A DNA stretch of 64,000 nt from Chiloscyllium plagiosum (GCF_004010195.1 NC_057751.1:5667299-5731298), one strand, 5' to 3'. Positions 26,763-40,839 are shown, counted from the first letter of the stretch. A program made the numbers and translations. Notes: generated from the letters alone by a model not told the origin.

Positions 26763-27070
26763 CGGGCGGCACGGTGGCACAGTGGTTAGCACTGCTGCCT
26801 CACAGCGCCGGAGACCCGGGTTCAATTCCCGTCTCAGGCGACTGACTGTGTGGAGTTTGCATGTTCTCCCCGTGTCTGCGTGGGTTTCCTCCGGGTGCTC
26901 CGGTTTCCTCCCACAGTCCAAAGATGTGCAGGTCAGGTGAATTGGCCATGCTAAATTGCCCGTAGTGTTAGGTAAGGGGTAAATGTAGTGGTATCGGTGG
27001 GTTTCGCTTCGGCGGGTCGGTGTGGACTTGTTGGGCCGAAGGGCCTGTTTCCACACTGTAATCTAATCTA
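26763..27070 (+). mobile_element. tRNA-derived SINE (HE1-like), young copy
   Basis: GGGCGGCACGGTGGCACAGTGGTTAGCACTGCTGCCTCACAGCGCC...GGTTCAATTCCC, with CpGs retained and a (TAATC)n tail. Confidence 0.92.
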
Positions 27071-27702
27071 AAAAGACCATGACAGCTGGGACCTCTGCCA
27101 CCACCAGGCAGGCAACACTGTTAAAGGAAGGAAGTAAAGTCAAAACCCTTGAAATCATCAGGAGAAAGTCTAAAATAATAGGCACTGCAGGTACAGGAGG
27201 TAACAAAACTGCAGATTATTTCTGTTTGGATGCTTTTAGAACTTCAAGGGTAGCACCATTCACTGCTATCCATGTATGCTTGAGTCATTCTTCCACTACC
27301 CCTCAAATTGCCAGACCACTTCTGGGACATACAGGATAAAAAGAACAAATATTTTCTCCAAGGAAGTACTGGTAAGTCCCAAGTCTTCATATGCAATCCC
27401 TCCAAACTAGTCACTGCATCCATCCCTCACCATGGAAGCTACCTTGATGCCAAGCAAAGGTCACTCAGAAACTTGGTGTCTTGCTTACCTCTAAGTTGGG
27501 CTTCTGACCATATACATGTTTCAAAACCTGGTTGCCTCCAATCACCTCCACAATGTTGTTCACTCTACCCATTTCATTTCAGCTGCTGCTCAAACGCAAG
27601 TCCTTGCCTTTGTTTCAGTCCTCACCTGCACAGTCTTAAGTCTTTCACACACACACACCCCCCCCCCCCCCCAATAAATTGGGACGCATATCTCATCTTA
27701 TA

Positions 27703-28020
27703 GGGGCAGCAAGGGGCTCAGTGGTTAGCACTGCTGCCTCAGCACCAGGGTCCCAGGTTTAATTCCAGCCTTGGGTGACTGTCTGTTTGGAGTTTGCACA
27801 TTCTCCGTGCGTCTGCGTGGGTTTCCTCCGGGTGCTCCGGTTTCCTCCCACAGTCCAAAGATGCGCAGGTTAGGTGAATTGGCCATGCTGAATTGCCCAT
27901 AGTGTGAGATGCATTCGTCAGAGGGAAATGGGTCTGAGTGGGTTACTCTTTGGAGGGTCGGTGTGGACTTGTTGGGCCAAAGGTCCTGTTTCCACACTGT
28001 GGGTAATGTAATGTAATCTA
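27703..28020 (+). mobile_element. tRNA-derived SINE (HE1-like)
   Basis: Same family as 26763. Confidence 0.9.
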
Positions 28021-28499
28021 AAATTTATAATTTTGCAGCAAGTGATGTCACCCAGTACACTTGTGCTCATTGACTTATCTTGGCTCCTTAGTTTTTAAAT
28101 TCCTTTTTGTGTTTTCAAAGTATTCAATAACGTACCCTCATTTTACATCCATATCCTCCAACACTCCGAGTTTTCCAACGTTCCTCCAATTCTGATCTGT
28201 TGAGTATCCTCAATTTAATAACTCCACTGTCGACAGCCATGCTTTCAATTACTAAGGCCCTAAATTCTACAATTCCTTTTCTACACTTGTTTCCTCCTTT
28301 TAAGATGCTCTTGGTTTGACATCCATTTTTATGTTTTGGTGTGTAATTTTGTTGGGTAACAGTTGTATAAAGCTCCTTCAGGTCATTGCCTATCATGGAT
28401 TATTTTGTGACATGAATGTGAAGTTACTTCATTTTTGTCACACTGGAATTTTTATAATTCTTTGTGCAAATTGCAGACTCAGCCAACATTTGTTGTCCA

Positions 28500-29370
28500 C
28501 CCTGATTCAGGAGGTGCTGTGCTGACTTCCTAAACCACAGCAGTCCAAATGAGTGTCATTGCACCCACAATGCGATTGGAGAGGGAGTTCCAGGATTGAA
28601 TGCAGTGACAATGAAGGATTAGGATGCTGTGTGACTTGGAGAAGAGATGGTATGGTGGTATTATCACTATTAATTTGGAGATGCTTCTCATGAAGGAGTT
28701 TGAATCCTGCTGTGGCAGTTGATGCAATTTGAATGCAATAAAAATCTGACATTAAGAGTCTCATGATGCCCATGAAACTGTTGTCAAATGTCAGAAAAGA
28801 AAACCTATCTGGTTCACAAATGTCCTTTTGGCAAGGAACTGCCTTCCTTACTTGGTCCACGTAATGTGTGACACCCACAGCAATGTGGTTAACTTTCAGT
28901 TTCTCACTGTGCAATGATGGACAGCTTGCCTAGACAGTGACAGCCACATGCCATGAACAAATTAAAAAAGAGGCTGGTGGTTCCAGGCATGGTAGTGTCT
29001 TAAGTTTGGAAGGTCTTAGGGGAGTGGTGAGTTGCTGCTGTGCAACCTATATTCACGTTGCTGCCACTGTATGGCAGGCAGGTGAAGAGGATTCCATCAT
29101 ATTTCTAACTTGTGCCTTGTAAAGATGGATAGCCTTTGGGTTGTCAAGAGATGAGATAGTCGCTGCACAATTCCTCACCTTTGAGCTGTTCTTGTACCTG
29201 CAGTATTTATATGTTTAGTGTACTTCAGTTCCTGGTCAAACCTATCAGAATGTTGATGGTCTGATTTGAGTATTGTTAATGCCACTAACCTCCTAGGGGA
29301 GATGGTTAGATTCTCTCTTGTTGAAGATGGTCATTGCATGACTGTTACTTGCCAATTGTCATCCCAAATG
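28500..29370. mobile_element. Old LINE (CR1/L2-clade) 3' remnants
   Basis: Shares sequence blocks with 6870-7150, 7500-7575, 9355-9860 and 51130-52120. Confidence 0.5.
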
Positions 29371-29669
29371 CATACATGAGGTGATAGTGTGGGATGGAGG
29401 ACGAGCATCAGCTGTGAAAACACAAAGCATGACAAATTACATGATTACATGCACTCCTGACTTACTAGGCAAGAATGCCATCCTGCTTGTTGAAAGGTGA
29501 GGACCCACTGAACTGAAATGTATATGCAATTAATGCAAGAAGCATAAATTGTGCAAGGATGACTTTCTTTTGTTCCATTGAGCTACTCTTGTTGTGCTGC
29601 TGAGCTGTTCACTTGGAAAGGGGATTGAACGTTATAAATGGGTCCTATCCACGCACATAGATGCTGAGA

Positions 29670-30900
29670 AGATCAGAGCAGGAGTATGTCACTTGACTCC
29701 TCAGCCTGCTCCACCATTCAGTATAATCATGGCAGATTGTTGAACTCAATGCCCTAATTCTCTACCCCCCCCCTCCTTAATTCAAACCCCTTAATCCCTT
29801 TTGCGACAAGAGTGATGTGTTAAAACACATAATGTTTTGCCTCAACCATTTTCTGTTACAGTCAATTCCACAGGCTCATCACTGTTTGGTGAAGATATTT
29901 CTCTTCATCTCTGTCTGAAAAGGTTTCCCCCTTATCCTTGAACTATGACTCCTGGCTCTGGACTTCCCCACCATTCGGAACCTCCTTCTGACGTCTAACT
30001 TGTACAGTCATGTTAGGATTTTATAGGTTTCTATGAGATTCCCATCCTTCCCTCCCCTTAGCCCCATCCCCCCTCATTCTTCTGAAATCCAGTGAATATA
30101 ATCTTAACGGACTCGATCTTTTTTCATATCAGTCCTGGATTTTTAGAATCAATTTGATAAACCTTTGCTGCACTCCCTTGACAGAAAGAACATCCTTCCT
30201 CAGACTAGACCTGCACACAGCATTCCAGGTATGGCTTCACCAATGCCCTGTATAATTACAACAATAAATCCTTATCCCTGAATTCGAATCGTCTCACTGT
30301 GAAGATCAACAAAGAGTTTGCCATTTTTACTGCCTGCTGTGCCTGAGCACTGAGTGGGTGGTGCATGAGGACTCCCATGTCTCACTGAACATTTTCCTGT
30401 CTCACTTTACAGCCATTCAAATCATAATCTGTCTTCCTACTTTTAGTGCCAAAGTGAATGACCCGATATTTATCCACAGTATGCTCCATCTGCTATGCAT
30501 TTGCCCATTCACTCAGTCTGTACAAATCAAACTGCGACATCGCTGCATCCCCCTCACAGTTTTCCCAACCACCCAGCTCTGTGTCATCTGCAAATTCTGG
30601 GGTAGTACATTTAGTTCCGTCACATAAATCATGAATGAATATTGTGAATAGCTGGGGTCTAAGTACCAATCCTTGTAGAAGCTCACAGGTCACTGCCTAC
30701 CATTCAGAAACAACCCTTTTTATTTCTACTTTTTGATTCCTGTCTACAAACCAATTTTCTATCCATTTCAGTGCACTATCCATGATCCCATGTGCTTTAA
30801 TTTCATGCAATCATCTCTTAGTTGAGATTTTGTTGAAAACCTAGAAGTCGAAATAAACCAAATCCACTGTCTCCATCAATCAATGCTTCTGTTTACATAG
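29670..30900 (-). mobile_element. Old CR1 LINE RT/3' fragment
   Basis: ORF 30493-30693: QGLVLRPQLFTIFIHDL...FADDTELGG. Confidence 0.8.
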
Positions 30901-31025
30901 AGTCACAGAGTCATAGAGATGTACAGCATGGAAACAGACTCTTTGGTCCAACCTGTCCATGCCGACCAGATATCCCAAACCAATCTTGTCCCATCTGCCA
31001 GCACCTGGCCATATCACTCCAAACC
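30900..31025 (-). mobile_element. Young CR1 3' tail
   Basis: GAGTCATAGAGATGTACAGCATGGAAACAGAC... Confidence 0.85.
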
Positions 31026-32084
31026 TTGCTCATGTTGTTTCTGGTTTATTGCCCAAACACCTTAAGTCTGGTGCCATCTGGCTATTGACTCTATTACCAT
31101 TGATAACATTTAGACTAGCGAACACCTGACGATTTTAACAACTTGTATCAAATACCGCCTTCTCCTCCTGCAATGAAAAGGGAATAAACATGATGGTCAA
31201 TGTTATGTTTGGCTTTTAACAGACAAACAAATGTATAAAACAACAAGAGGATAAATGAGAAGCAGGAACAAGATTTACTGAGCACAGCTAACAATTGATA
31301 GCTAAAAATAATTAGCTCAAAACCAATGTGTTGTACTGTCATTTAATTCAATTCTGTTTTTTCTCAATTGGTCAACATCTGACTAGACTAATTCATCTCC
31401 AAGGTTCTAGATCAATTTCCTGATTTAACAAAGTAAGCCAATCAATTTTTTCAGTCAACATAGTGAATTTCAATGACTGTTAAACTCAAAATTCTCATTT
31501 TAACATTTATTGCCAACTGTTTACATTTGAATTGATTTGTTTGACCTCTCCCTTGCGCTATTAACATGACTAATTATGACAATAACTGCCTCAGTAAAAA
31601 CTGGATGATGATGATAGCTTTGTTTTTGATCCCTTGCATGTCAGCAGTTCTGTAAATATCGAAAACAACCTAAACTCTAGATAGAACTGCTTTATTCACC
31701 AAATCATATTTGCCTTCAGGTCGATCCCTCCAACTTTGTTGAATAAGTCATGTTTTCAGATGATCACCTTATTGTAAATACTCTTCATGCTCGTCATGCT
31801 GCAAGATTGACAGATAATTATGGCTGAAATTTTTACCAACTATGTGTCAACAATGTTATTGATGTCATGGGGAGATTTTATCTGATAACTATTTCCCGTG
31901 AATATGTAAACAGGTTCCAAGAAACTCTTATCTCTTCATGTACCAATCAAAATTCTAACTTAATTTCATTTATTGCTACAGAAAAACTCCTGTATGGACA
32001 ATTTTTAAGACTTTCTTTATCCATTAAAGTTGTAATTATGGCTGATTCCTACTTTCTGATTTCACTTTAACAATGTTCATGGAT

Positions 32085-33700
32085 ACTGGAAATGTGTTGC
32101 TGGAAAAGCGCAGCAGGTCAGGCAGCATCCAGGGAACAGGAGAATCGACGTTTCGGGCATAAGCCCTTCTTCAGGAATGAGGAAAGTTTGTCCAGCAGGC
32201 TAAGATAAAAGGTAGGGAGGAGGGACTTGGGGGAGGGGCGTCCGAAATGTGATAGGTGGAAAGAGGTCAAAGTGAGGGTGATAGGTCAGACTGGGGTGGG
32301 GGCGGAGAGGTCGGGAAGAAGATCTCAGGTTAGGAAGGNNNNNNNNNNNNNNNNNNNNNNNNNNNNNNNNNNNNNNNNNNNNNNNNNNNNNNNNNNNNNN
32401 NNNNNNNNNNNNNNNNNNNNNNNNNNNNNNNNNNNNNNNNNNNNNNNNNNNNNNNNNNNNNNNNNNNNNNNNNNNNNNNNNNNNNNNNNNNNNNNNNNNN
32501 NNNNNNNNNNNNNNNNNNNNNNNNNNNNNNNNNNNNNNNNNNNNNNNNNNNNNNNNNNNNNNNNNNNNNNNNNNNNNNNNNNNNNNNNNNNNNNNNNNNN
32601 NNNNNNNNNNNNNNNNNNNNNNNNNNNNNNNNNNNNNNNNNNNNNNNNNNNNNNNNNNNNNNNNNNNNNNNNNNNNNNNNNNNNNNNNNNNNNNNNNNNN
32701 NNNNNNNNNNNNNNNNNNNNNNNNNNNNNNNNNNNNNNNNNNNNNNNNNNNNNNNNNNNNNNNNNNNNNNNNNNNNNNNNNNNNNNNNNNNNNNNNNNNN
32801 NNNNNNNNNNNNNNNNNNNNNNNNNNNNNNNNNNNNNNNNNNNNNNNNNNNNNNNNNNNNNNNNNNNNNNNNNNNNNNNNNNNNNNNNNCCATCTGGGTT
32901 GGACGTTTTTGGAACTGGTTCTCCTGGGAGCAGATGCGGCGGAGTCGAAGGAATTGGGAGAATGGGATGGCGTTTTTACATGGGGCAGGATGGGAGGAGG
33001 TGTAGTCCAGTTAGCTGTGGGAGTCGGTCGGTTTGTAGTAGATGTCCGTGTTGATTCTGTCACCTGAGATAGAAATAGAAAGGTCGAGGGAGGGGAGGGA
33101 GGAATCTGAGACTGTCTAGGTGAATTTGAGGTCGGGGTGGAAGGTGTTGGTGAAGTGGATGAACTGTTCAACCTCCTCGTGGGAGCACGAGGCGGCGCCG
33201 ATACAGTCATCGATGTAGCGGAGGAAAAGGTGGGGGGTGGGGCCAGTGTGTGGTTGCGGAAGATGGATTGTTCCACATATCGTACGAAGAGGCAGGCATA
33301 GCTGGGGCCTATGCGGGTGCCCATGGCTACTCCTTTTGTTTGGAGGAAGTGGGAGGATTGGAAGGAGAAGTTGTTCAGGGTGAGGACCAGTTCAGTCAGT
33401 CGAAGGAGGGTGTCTGTGGAAGGGTACTGGTCGGTACGGCGGGAAAGAAAGAAGCGGAGGGCTTTGAGTCCTTCGTGATGGGGGATGGAGGTGTACAGGG
33501 ACTGGATGTCCATGGTGAAAATAAGGCGTTGGGGACAGGGGAAGTGAAAATCATGGAGCAGGTGGAGGGCATGGGTGGTGTCCCGAACGTAGGTGGGGAG
33601 GTCTTGGACTAAGGGGGACAGGACGGTGTCAAGGTATGCGGAGATGAGTTCGGTGGGGCAGGAGCAGGCGGAGACAATGGGTCGGCCAGGGCAGTCAGAT
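32085..33700 (-). mobile_element. Penelope-like element (RT, pLTR with hammerhead motif), spanning an assembly gap
   Basis: RPIVSACSCPTELIS...FTMDIQSLYTSIP...QTKGVAMGTRIGPSYACLF, frameshifted before YIDD. The 3' end at 32085-32180 equals one arm of the palindromic elements. Confidence 0.9.
32339..32889. other. Assembly gap (N run)
   Basis: Run of n characters. Confidence 1.
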
Positions 33701-34039
33701 TCATGGATAACCACACAGTCTCTTGAATAAAAATCAAATCAAACTTCTCAGTAAGGACACCTGATACAAATATGCTAAGCTGCCATTTCCACATTGAACC
33801 CTTCGAATGTTCATTTATAGACATGAACAATGTCTCTTCTGTGCCAAGGCCTTAATTTTCTTTGCATTTTTGCCTGGCAGCAGGAAACTCTTCTTACTTT
33901 CTCAATCTTGACAATATTTGAATGCAGGTTGCTATACAATAACAATATAATGCTCAGCCACTAATGCAGTGAATGCCATGTAAAGGCCAGTTACAATTAT
34001 TGCAAGAAATTCTAGAGTCTGCAAGGAAACTGGGCCAAC

Positions 34040-34820
34040 AATAGAGTCATAAAGGTGTACAGCATGGAAACAGACACTTCGGTCCAACTCATCCATTATG
34101 ACCAGTTATCCTAACCTAATCGAGTCCCGTTTGCCAGCACTTGACCCACATCCCTCCAAACCCTTCCTATTCATATACCCATCCTGACGCCTTTTAAATG
34201 TTGTAATTGTACCAGCCCTCACCACTTCCTCTGGCAGCTCATTCCATACCTGCACCACAATGCATGAAAAAGTTGCCCCTTAGGTCCCTTTTATATATTT
34301 CCCCTCTCATCCTAAACCTATGCCCTCTAGTTCTGACTCCCCCACTCCAGGAAAAGGATCTAGTCTATTTATCCTTTCCATTCCATGCTCCTCATGATTT
34401 AATAAACCTCTGTAAGGTTACCCCTCAGCCTCCAACGCTCCAGGGAAAACAGCCCCAGCCTGTTCACCCTCTCCCTTTAGTTCAAATCTTCCAACCCTGG
34501 CAACATCCTTGTAAATCTTCTCTGAACTCTTTCAAGTTTCACAACATCCTTCTGTAGGAAGAATTGCTAAATTGCATGCAATATTCCAAAAGTGATCTAA
34601 CCAATGTCCCGTATAGCCACAACATGACCTCCCAACTCCTGTACTCAATACTATGAACAATAAAGGAAAGCATACCAAATGCCTTCTTCACTATCCGATC
34701 TATATGTGACTCTACTTTCAAGGAACTTTGAACCTGCATTTGTTCAGCAATGCACCCTGGGAACTTACCAGTAAGTGTATAAATCCTGCTCTGATTTGCT
34801 TTTCCAAAATGCAGCACCTC
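34040..34820 (-). mobile_element. CR1 LINE 3' fragment
   Basis: ORF 34539-34832 EVLHFGKANQSR...VKKAFGMLSFI, plus the CR1 tail. Confidence 0.9.
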
Positions 34821-35139
34821 GAAAAATGACAAGAATTGTTTTAATCAACACTGAAAAGGTGCTTGAGACAATACAACCAATCTTGTACTTGCATCCAGTT
34901 TGGGCATGAGCACCTAATTAATAGAGGTATATGTTGGATCAGTTCAGATAGCCACTTTGTGATGAAGAACCCTTGTTGCTTCTTTAAATAGGTGAACAGT
35001 TTCTCATCAAGAAATACATTTATGCTGAAGTAATGTAACCAATTTTGCTGAAAAGAGTATTTCACACATTTTGTTTTGTGTATGTCTTTTTGTAGAATTG
35101 TAGATTAAACAGCACAGGTGAGTGCTTTGGCAAAGTTGT

Positions 35140-35820
35140 AATACATAGACAAATGCAAGGTGTTGTATTTGCTGGGTAAAACCAGGGCAGGACTGACACA
35201 GTCAATGATAGGGTCCAAGGTAATATGATACAATAAAGACAAATAGGGATACAGATTCACAGCTCCTTGGAAGTGGAGTCACAGGAAAATAGGGTGGTGA
35301 AGAAGGTTTTCCGTATGCTTGCTTTAGTTGGTCAGGGCACTGAGTATAGGAGTGGGGACTTCTTGTTGCAGATGTACAAGATGTTTGGAGTACTGCTTGA
35401 ATTCCAGAAAGTGAAAAGAAAAGATTTACCAGGATGCTATGGACTGAAAGGAAAAGGATAGTCTGGGACTTTGCCCTGGAGCATTGGATATTGAAGGGTG
35501 ACCTTATAGGGGTCTATAAAAACATGAGAGGCAGATAACCAACAAGGTGTAAAACGAGCGGGCATAGGTCGATGGTGAGAGGGGGCAGATACACAAACGT
35601 CTCGAAGGGTAATTTAGTGTATGAAATCAGCTGCCAGAGGTCGTGGTGGAAGCGAATACTGATTTGTCCTTTAAGAAGTATTTGGGTCGGTAAATGAATG
35701 GGACAGGTATGGAGGGATATGAACCAAACGCAGACAAATGGGACTCGACTAATTGTGAAAACTGAGCACCATCGACAAGTTGGACCGACTGCCCTGTTTC
35801 TATGATGTCAACCTCAATGA
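35140..35820 (+). mobile_element. Decayed CR1 3' fragment
   Basis: VESQENRVVKKVFRMLALVGQGTEYRS plus the tail. Confidence 0.8.
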
Positions 35821-36762
35821 CTTTGCAATGAGTTGACTGCCGCACTGTCAAAGGTAATCTCCGTTGTGGAACACACAGGTCCCACTAAAAGCTGTTCTTG
35901 CGATTGCCTCTCCCCCGTAAAAACCACAGTTCAGATGATTCCACATGTCAGTATTTCGAAAGCAGACACGCAAGAGACGTACCAATTTTAAAACTGTATC
36001 ACAGTGACTTCGATTGTCACTTAAGACCAACCAAAGAGTCACTTTGGAAAGATCCAGAAATCACAAATTCAACAGCTGTGTGAAAATATTTCCTGCATTT
36101 CTGGGAAGTCCTCATATCATCCTGAAACAGCCAGATCAGCTCTCAATTTATTACCTCACTCACGTAAAAGCCCAGTACTCCCTCAGTCATAAAATAGAAC
36201 ATCGAAACTTGGCAGCCAGAGCTATTGATGGGATTACTGGCATATAATATATTTGTACATCTACATCATTTCCATATCCCAGTAATTTCTCGTTGTTTTA
36301 CAACTCCTTATTCATGAAGATGCACAATATATTAACATTTCAAAAGCAGTATTTCTTGGACTACAGATATTTAGAATTGTAAATTCATTTTAACGCAAAG
36401 ACAGATTCCCAACAAGTCTCTACAAGATCCTGTTTCTTTGCTTTCCCCATATTTTGCTTTCTCCATCATGTCATTTCACGTTTCCTGTCCATTATTTGAA
36501 TTTGCTGTCAATATTCAGAATCATGCCCATGTGTCAGGAGCTCAATGAAATTCCATATATATAATGTGTGTGTGTGTATATATATATGTATAATATATAA
36601 AACATTCAGCAAATCAAATTTACCGAAATTACGTAACGATTAATTTTAAGAATTCACAAGGTACAGTAACTGTAGGTTGCGGATTGATGAATTACTGTTG
36701 GGACGCTGGTGTCCTTTTCGAGCTTCGAGCTTGTTCACTTTTGGTCCAGAACCTCCTGACGG

Positions 36763-36793
36763 TACAGTGAGCAAATCTGCCAGCAGAGGGCTC
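36763..36793 (+). promoter_or_regulatory. Candidate CTCF binding site
   Basis: GCCAGCAGAGGGCTC fits the core CCASYAGRKGGC, and a TACAGT upstream-module-like sequence sits at plausible spacing. It lies in unique, locally CpG-containing sequence. Confidence 0.5.
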
Positions 36794-37599
36794 TCAATGC
36801 AAGCACTTTACCATTTGTTCTGATCAAATATTACCCTTCCAGGATTATATAAAAAAACACAGCCATTCGATCCAACCAGTCGGTGTCATATTTCTGGGCT
36901 TCCTTTTACAATACTTGCCTCATTTCATTGACATATCTTATGTCTAATATATCTTTTTATATTCCATTTCTGTCATTCATATCGGTGCCAGAGTATGGCG
37001 ACTTAACCACTTTTCACTGAATCTTTTTGTAAATGACAAATTACTATTCTATTCTATTCCATCTCCCCGATGTATTCACTGAGCTTTATTTCAAGGCATT
37101 TGCATTGCTAACCTCAACGCGTCAGCAAGTTTCACAGACTGACCACTCTGTGCAAAGATGTTTCCTTGAATTCCTTTTTTGCATTTAATAAGTTAGTGGA
37201 CAACCTTGGAAATGGAGATATCTTCATTCCATATCCATAATTTACTTTTTAGTGGCTGTGCCATCAATGATTTCAGCTTTCACGATCCATTCTCAAATGT
37301 TTCTGAACGTCCATCTCCCATATTTGTTCCTTGTTTGTTTTTCATCTACCCAGAAGTGTTACTGCACAGAACTGAGCACCTTCCCAATGCCAAAATCACC
37401 ATTTCTTTTGTGTTTTGCAAACTCGTCACTGCCACCTGTAAAACACCAGGACAGCCAATTAAATATTTACATGCGATGCCTGTTAAAGGAAACGGGAAGG
37501 GACTAAATCAAAAGAGTTGGAGAGGCAAGTAAAATATTGCACCTCTCACAGTGCCCACCTTTATCAAAAGGCAGCATTGATGGACACTGTGTGCTCCTT

Positions 37600-38060
37600 T
37601 TCCAAGGTCACCGAGCACGAACATAATCACAGATCATTGTCTTTTGTATATTTTTACCATCGCTAAGACCACCTGCTTCTACATCTGTAACATTGTCTGA
37701 CTTTGCCCCTCCCTCAGCTGCTGCTGAAAAGCTTGTTGCAATGGCTGGTCTTCCACATTTTACATCCAAGACACTGCTGCCTGTCTGTGAACTGATACCA
37801 AATCCCATTTGCTATTAGACCCATGCTCGCCAGCTTACATGGACTCCAGATTAAGCAACACTTTGATTTTAGAGTTCTCATCTTTGTTTTCAATTCCCTG
37901 TATAAATAGTCTCGTTTTTCCCCATCGCCTCTTGCCTCTGCAGCCCTCCTGGAAATCTGCATGCTTCTAATTCAAGCCTGTCATGTGCCTCCACTTTTAA
38001 TTTCTCCACAATTGGTGACAGTGCCTTCAGTTACATTGACTTCAAGTGTGGAATGTCCTT
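37600..38060 (+). mobile_element. Old L2-like LINE remnant
   Basis: ...CCCATGCTCGCCAGCTTACATGGACTCCAGATTAAGCAACACTTTGATTTTAGAGTTCTC resembles the L2 RT C-terminus (LHWLP...FKIL). Confidence 0.5.
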
Positions 38061-39729
38061 ATTACACCTCTCTGCATAATTATGTATTATTTGTGTCTAT
38101 TTTTGTAAGATTGTACTTCACTAAAGGTCCTTGTGACCATTTTCTCCATTAACAGTGCTCCAAGAAAGCAAGTGGTTTTACAATGCTATTATTAACTTTG
38201 TGCCTGAACTGATTGAGATACCTTACAGTTCTATGTTTGCTCTTGTCTTCAAGTATTTTTCCGACATTATTTTATCAAAATGAGGTTTCCTTTCAGAGTT
38301 TTTCTGGTCCATTTATTTTCAAGATGATGTGCTTGCCATTCTGAAAACCAGCTTTCTCCTCATACAGAATATTTTGTGGCAACATGCAGAGGCATAAGGG
38401 ACATCCCCTGTTGTAAAATGACACATTTATTGTAAATTAATGCAAATCACTGAAGATATAAAAATAATAATATAACATTACAGTGCAACAATCCAGTTTC
38501 AATCTCAGTCCACAGTTAAAAAATTCAAGTGGTGTTTGGTCTTGTCATATGACTGTATGCTAACAATGGACAACCAGGCCCAACCCATGCTGTCAAAACG
38601 AAACCATGCAGATCCCAATGCTCAATCCCATCCATACAAACACTATGGAAAGACAACAAAATGAATTTCTTTTTACATCATCAGTTGAAGTGTGTCTGTC
38701 ACTGGCATATGGTGTTCATCCCTCATTGTCTTTGATAAAAGGATTTGTCAACTTTCCTGAATTGTTGTGGGGGTCTTTGTTGTGAAGGTGGACTTGGTAT
38801 ATGTTTGGCTCATGAAAGGCAGAATTCTGATCCAGTGACAGCGAGTGAAAAGGGAATTCAGTGGAGCGCATACCTCCAACTTGCAATTTTAACTCAACAT
38901 TCTTCCAGTTATATAGTTTCTCCTTGAGGATTTCCATTTCCTGGTAGACACTCTGTCATGATGAGGTTGAAAATATAAATTATTTTATTAGAAGCTTCCA
39001 TCACCCTAAAGAGGCTTCAGTCTTATCAAATTTAATAGAGTCCGAGACAGTTGGTGAAACTGAAGCCAAGGTATATATGACTGAATTTTATGAAAAATCT
39101 CCTGTATGTCAATTTTGGGCAGTTGCATGAAGGGCTTCGCTCCATGAGCTCCAGCAAGATATCTCATGCATTCCTTTGCAGCTTGCCTCACTAAGTAGGC
39201 ATTATACCTCCATGATTAAACTGGAGTGAAATTAAGGTCGATCAGCACAATTTTCACGATGGCATCTGATTTGTCTCATATTAATATCCAGTGGGAACAA
39301 AATGAAGTGGTGGCATTGTCTGGGATCAAAAATCCTAGAATTTAAAAGGGATCTGTTAATCTACAACAAATGAGTACATGGAGGCACTGGGCATAGGAAC
39401 AGGCACTTTGTGAAATGTGTTACATTGGTTCAAAGTATAAAATAGTTTTGACTGTTGCGAGCACTCTTCTGAAAGTAGAAGATTTAACAATGGATGATTT
39501 TAAGTCTTTGACTGAGGCTTAACAGATAAGTTGAATGCAATAAATACTGATTGACATAATTAAGAATGATATCGTTAAAGTGATTACCTAACATTGAGAA
39601 TTAAAAGGAAAGACACATGAAATAGATCTATCACATTTAGTTGCAAATGAAAGACTTAGAGTCACAGAGTCATAGAAATGTACAGCATGGAAACAGACCC
39701 TTCAGTCCAACTCATCCACTTTATTTGAA

Positions 39730-40500
39730 GGAAAAAATGAAAATAAATGAATTGCAAAGAGAGGGCAAGAGAAATATAAAAACCAAAAAAAAGCTTGAAT
39801 TAGCAAGAAAGGAGAAAAAAAGAGAGGAAATGGAAAATTGAAAGGGTGAACTCCACAGACAGAGAATCAGACAATCTAACTTGACGAAATAAAAGCTGAG
39901 AGTTAAGAAAGAAAAACTATAGCAGTGGTGCAAGTGAAGTGTGTTCTGTTGGAACCTGCTAAAAAGGAAGCAGGGTAGTTCAGAGAATTCTTTGTCAATT
40001 TTAATGAAAGAGAGTCAAACAACTTCGTGTTCGGGATATTTTATCTGGAAGAGAAAAGTATTCCCTTCTTCTGAAAAAAAGTAAACCATTCGTGGAAAGC
40101 TTAAATATTTTATTTCTGAAGGAGAGGCTCCTCTTATTCTTCTAATAGAGAAGGCAAACAACTAAAACATTGGAAGACACTGGAACAAGCCACTTGTGAC
40201 CAATACTGACTAATGATACAATTTGACTTGCAAAGAAGCTAATGAAGGAATAAAAATATTCATCAGTGGAAGACACAAGGTGATAAACTGATTACATTAT
40301 TTAGAGTTAGATTAAACAGTAACTTAGTAAATAGAGAAATTGGAAGTGTAGTAGTACAGAAATAACAATAAATATAATTTATTTTAATTTGGTGAATGAC
40401 CTAGCTGGTTCAAAAATATTTAACTCACCAAGGGTGTTGGACCAATCAATGGAAATGAAAAAAACTGAGAAAAGACAGGTGATTATTTCCTGACCATGTT
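39730..40500 (+). mobile_element. Possible LTR-retrotransposon gag/protease remnant
   Basis: A-rich coiled-coil-like stretch, a DTG-like codon run (~40175) and a GNDLAG-like motif (~40390); heavily degraded. Confidence 0.35.
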
Positions 40501-40510
40501 GTGGCGTGAT

Positions 40511-40836
40511 AGGGCAGCATGGTGGCTCAGTGGTTAGCACTGCCGCCTCAGCGCTAGGGACCCAGGTTTGATTCCCACCTCGGACGACTGTCTGTGTGGA
40601 GTTTGCACATTCTCCCCTTGTCTGCATGGGTTTCCTCCGGGTGCTCCAGTTTCCTCCCACAATCCAAAAGATGTGCAAATCAGGTGAATTGGCCATGCTA
40701 AATTGCCCATAGTGTAAGGTACATTAGTCAGGGTAAATGTAGGGGAATGGGTCTGGGTTGGTTACTCTTCAGAGGGTCAGTGTGGACTTGTTGGGCCAAA
40801 TTGCCTGTTTCCATTCTGCAGGGAATCTAATCTAAT
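40511..40836 (+). mobile_element. tRNA-derived SINE (HE1-like)
   Basis: Same family as 26763. Confidence 0.9.
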
Positions 40837-40839
40837 CTT

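Noticed and set aside
26763..26835. tRNA genes at SINE heads
   Set aside because: The A/B boxes continue into the SINE body and CR1 tail in multiple copies, and no complete cloverleaf is evident.
32200..33714. 504-aa, 275-aa and 187-aa ORFs
   Set aside because: Inflated by the N gap; the real part is a frameshifted Penelope RT.
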